Positions 37,803 to 41,882 of a DNA stretch of 41,882 nt are shown one piece after another (within the stretch, counting starts at the first letter, position 1; the number at the start of each line of letters is the position of its first letter). The notes under the pieces were generated by a model. It had not been told where the DNA came from and did no database searches. It saw only the letters and a list, made by a program, of their open reading frames with translations. The position numbers and the translations under genes were made by a program. Source of the DNA: Atractiella rhizophila (lineage: Eukaryota). The stretch spans positions 1-41,882 of the forward strand of contig MU271583.1 in assembly GCA_021432655.1 (NCBI GenBank), in the 5' to 3' direction.

Positions 37803-39570
37803 ATGTCGTATTACAATCAGCCTCCCTACCCTCCGCCACAAGGATACGGTCAGGGATACAACGTTGGATATTCTCAAGGACCACCACAGCCACCGTACCC
37901 ACCTCAGGCTCCAGGAGGCTATCCAGGTGGGTTTGGACCTCCTCCAGCTCCATACTATCCTCCCAAGACTCCCTCTCCCAAGCCTTACCATCGCAATAAC
38001 CCAGGCTATGCGCCGTACCCACCACCACCTGCTCCGTCAGGCTACGGTCCACCTCCTCCCATTCCTTACGGCGCACCACCCGGAGCACCTCCTGGCCCAC
38101 CCCCTCCAATTCCAGCTCCTTACGGCGCACCTCCCCCCGGTCCGCCTGCTCCCAACCACTCCGCGCGTCCCCCGCCACCAGGAGCTCCACCCACGAACGC
38201 ATATGGAGCACCAGTGCACAACCCAAATGCGCCTCCCGCTGGTGCCGGGACAGGTCAGTGGGTGAGCGGTGGACACAGTTACGGGGATCATTCGTCCCAG
38301 GCCAAACCGGCCTATCTAGGCTGCGTCCTCCTCCTCGATCCTTCCCTCCCTCCTCCTCCTTATCCACCGCCAGTATCCCTCCCCACTTATAACGCCGCCG
38401 CCGTTAACGCCGACGTCCAATCTCTGCGTAATGCCTCCAAAGGATTTGGGACGGATGAGTCGGCTCTCATTAGGACTTTGATATCGACTAAGAATGCGAA
38501 CCTTGAAGTCCAAACCCTCAGAAACGTCAGAAACGCTTTTGCTCAACAGACCGGAAAGACGTTGATCGATGAACTCAAAGGAGAGTTGAGCAGCTGGTTC
38601 GAGTTCGGAATGACAGGCGAGTCGACCTTCCGACTCGTAGGAACTGGGCACTGACACGCTGTTCGCCTGACAGGCATAGTTTTTGGACCTGTCGAGTTCG
38701 ATGTTGAGCTCATCGAGCGCGCTTCGGCGGGTATAGGCACCAAGGAGGACTTGCTCACTGAGATTTTGTTGGGAAGGAGCTCGCAAGAGATGAGCATGCT
38801 CAAGGCTGAATATCAGAGGAGGACTCGACGTCAATTGGAGGCGAAGGTCCAAGGTGAACTCTCCCTGTGAGTCTTCGTTCCGTCCTCCTTCCCCTCCCTT
38901 CCTTCATGAAAAGTTCCGTTGAAGTGACATGTTTTGATCGGGATCACAGGAAAACGGAACGAATGTTCAACATCGCCATGGCCGCTCGCTACGAAGATCT
39001 CCTCCAGCCACCGCAACAGATCGAAAGCCTCTTACAAAGTGACCTCCAAGCACTCAACAACTCTCTTCGCACCGGAAGGACCGACGAGATCGGGGTCTGC
39101 TCCATCATTCTCGCGCGTTCACCAAAGCATTTACACGAGCTCCAAAAGAGGTACCAGTCCCAGAACCGGAAGACGTTGACCAAAGTCATCAAGTCCCATT
39201 TCTCCGGTATGTCCCCTCCATCTTATATCTTATGTGGTTGTTCACGACGCAAGTAGGTCACATGGAACAAGGCCTCGTCTACGTCCTGAACGGTGCGAAG
39301 AAGGACACGACTGGAGCGTGGAGAGATGCGAAGTGGATAGAAAAGTCGATGAAGGGCATGGGAACGAAAGATAACGAACTGGTGTATCGCGTCTTGAGGG
39401 CTGCTTGGAACCCTCAACATTTCGTGCAGGTCTCGTTAGCTTATCAGAGCAAATATAAGAAGAGCTTGAAGGATCGTATCAGGGGAGAGACGAGCGGAAA
39501 GTATAGGGATATGTTGGTCGCTATTTACGATAATGCTACTAGGTTGGGAAGCGTCACAGCTTTTCATTAA
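37803..39570 (+). CDS. Annexin with long Pro/Gly/Tyr-rich N-terminus (annexin A7-like); multi-exon
   Basis: Four annexin repeats (KGFGTDE, AGIGTKE, GRTDE, KGMGTKD), with GELS, SHFSG and GETSGKY motifs. Confidence 0.93.
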
Positions 39571-39752
39571 GTGTTCTTGTTGTGTTATATGAATACTAAA
39601 TCTTCTCTTTTTCCTTATTGATTATACTGACACCTTTCGAGACTTGTCGTTGTCCTTTTTGAGCTTGAGCGTTGATATATACAATTGAATGTAAGGAATA
39701 AGTTATGATACGACACCTGAAGCGCCAAAGTTACAAGCTCTTTCCACTGACC

Positions 39753-41645
39753 TCAATCAAACGATATGAGTGGTGTTGATAGAGATACCTCCTGATTGAG
39801 TTGTTCAACAAGGCTTTCTTGTAAGGCGGTTCGTATCCGTTCCCACTACGAACCAATCAACTTGAATTCAATGTCTGGAGCGAGACTTACTTTCGAGAAA
39901 TACCTCGTCCGTACGTCATCATCCAGCTTAGACACCAATTTGGAGATGGTCGCATCAAGAGGATTTCTTTCTGAAGCAGCAATATCCCAAATCGAAGAAT
40001 CCGATGGCCGGCTTTGATATTCCATCTTATGGTCCAGCACACCCTATGAAAATGTTACGGAGTTACAACTGAGCGTCGTTGTAGGACTGACCCGGATGAC
40101 TAGCTTCTGTATGAGAACGCTCATTTCTGCGATAATGAGCTGTAATCGTCCCTTCGTCCCACGCAGAAAATTCGTCGTCCAAGGTTCGTGCCCAACGGAT
40201 CGACATAACGCGACCACTGAATGAAACGATTCTTTAAGAATCGGTTCTAGTAGTTTTCCAGCTTCTTCTCGAGCCTTAAGAACATCATCCATCGTCGATA
40301 AGCCCAAACAAGCCATGGTGAGTCTAAAGTGTTGATATGGAAACAAGACGTTGAACAAGAAAATCCAGAAGCATTTATGTGGTGGAGGGACGGTAGAAGG
40401 CGCTTGCTCAAGTTGGAGGAGACGGCTGTACCAAGAGGAGTACCAGTGATTGAGCTCCCCATGAAAAATCTTCAAGATCTTTACCCTAGCCTTCAAAGTG
40501 AAACCTGCGTGATCTTTTTCGAGCCGAAAGACCTTTTCGAGATGTTGCACCAGAGTACAAAGTTCCGCCCAAGCCGCAAGTCGAAGATCATCCTCGCTCC
40601 CTGTCGTATCGCACACCTTCATAGCGTAAAGACGGTGATCTTGGCTCGTGGTGTGAGGTTGAAGAATTTCCAACGCAAGAGCAACGCGAACGTATCGACA
40701 GTTCTCCGCTGTTGCAGGTGCCTTATAATCGAATTGTTCTCGAAGGTCGCAACAGCGTCTACACATGCTCGTGAGGATGCAATTGCGGGATAGGACGGCA
40801 TTCGTCGACGCTTCCGGAGTGGTCCAGAAACACCACACCAAGAGCGAGGCAACTAGGTCGTAATCCCAATCTCCAACTGGAATGCCCTCCAGTATTTTTC
40901 GTCCTATTCGTCCTTGAAAAGCAGATGAGAGGATCCGCGATTGCGGTGTCGAAACAATTGGGCTCGCTGAGCAAATGGACAGTGCAGTTAATGGGTAATC
41001 TTTAACTAGGTCTGCTGTCGCGAGTTGTCGAAGTTGGGGCATAAAAGGCAGAAATGGGTGCAAGTATTTGAAGAAACTGTATTTTCCTGGTAAATAAACT
41101 TCGAATGGTATTGGAGAAGGTGTTTACTAATCAAAGCACTCTTCTATCTGCTCGATCTTCACCAGCTTATCCACGAATGGCAGAGGCGGGGCTTCAGCGA
41201 GCAGCTGAATTTCGTTTGATAGAGGCTTATGAGCGAGGGTACATTCCAGCTCAGTCAATCGAGCTTTTATCGCACTGATTCTTCCCACCATATTCAGAAC
41301 GTAGAGCAAATGTATGCGCGAGGCTCACTGAGATACCACCGTCTGCGATCCGACAGACGACGATGAACTCGAACCATTGTCAAAAACGCAGGCTACATTC
41401 CTCCTAGATCAACGATAAAATCAGACAATACAGCTTAAATTTGTGCTAGAATCATACTTCTTACAACGGACACAGCTCCCATCCCGCTCATCGGTACTAG
41501 CACCATCAGTAACACACTTCACTTTCCCACGTTTGCAGCGTACGCAGGCCCTATCCCATTTCTTTTAATCAGTGGGTTTGCTTTAGGAATAAGAGACTCA
41601 CCTCCGGCTTCTCTGCGTCTTGCTCTCAAGTTTTCCATCCATCAT
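39753..41645 (-). CDS. Fungal Zn(II)2Cys6 transcription factor with middle homology region; multi-exon
   Basis: Spliced ACVRCKRGKVKC-x13-CVRCKKRNVAC (introns 41601-41551 and 41457-41404), then FFKYLHPFLPF and a helical C-terminal region. The 3' end is approximate. Confidence 0.85.
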
Positions 41646-41882
41646 CAATCTACAGTCAACATGGGAAAGTCAGGACGTTCTTGGCCATGGGACCCCTTTT
41701 GAAGAGCATTGGCCATCATCCGCGCTGAATCGCTCCTCGCGCGGACCAAACAGGGAAAGGGTCACGCCGCTGATTCATCCGCGGCTCACCGACGCGGTGA
41801 TAAATCAAATCGTGGCTACTGCACGTGTGGCTCAAAGCGGACAAGTGCGGTTGAAAGCCAGTTCGAGTTGGGAGGAACATAG

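Noticed and set aside
1..41882. CRISPR arrays, transposase/RT ORFs, secondary-metabolite cluster
   Set aside because: None seen; the window is eukaryotic housekeeping-type DNA.

Overview
Gene-dense, intron-rich (mostly ~50-nt GT-AG introns) nuclear DNA of a fungus, most likely a basidiomycete. It holds about 16 protein-coding loci: Cet1 RNA triphosphatase, ATP1, CBP6/UQCC2, STEEP1-like, a divergent DUF3292-like membrane protein, SNX3, a carboxylesterase-fold protein, FAHD1, IMG2/mL49, an ADIP/SSX2IP-like coiled-coil protein, DOA4/USP8, an NTO1/BRPF-like chromatin reader, IWR1, glyoxylate reductase, annexin and a Zn2Cys6 transcription factor. It also has an intron-containing tRNA-Ala(AGC) in two copies and an intronic box C/D snoRNA (snR56/U25 type). 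Highlights: (1) two small exons missed by the ORF track add a complete Zn(II)2Cys6 cluster to the C-terminus of the NTO1/BRPF-like protein, with the same intron positions and phases as the Zn-cluster TF 8 kb away; (2) a membrane-anchored carboxylesterase-fold protein lacking its catalytic motifs; (3) a near-perfect 2,280-bp tandem duplication (real or assembly artefact) that makes a truncated FAHD1 chimera; (4) the snoRNA. Gene models were spliced by eye, family calls come from motif recognition only, and no database searches were run.
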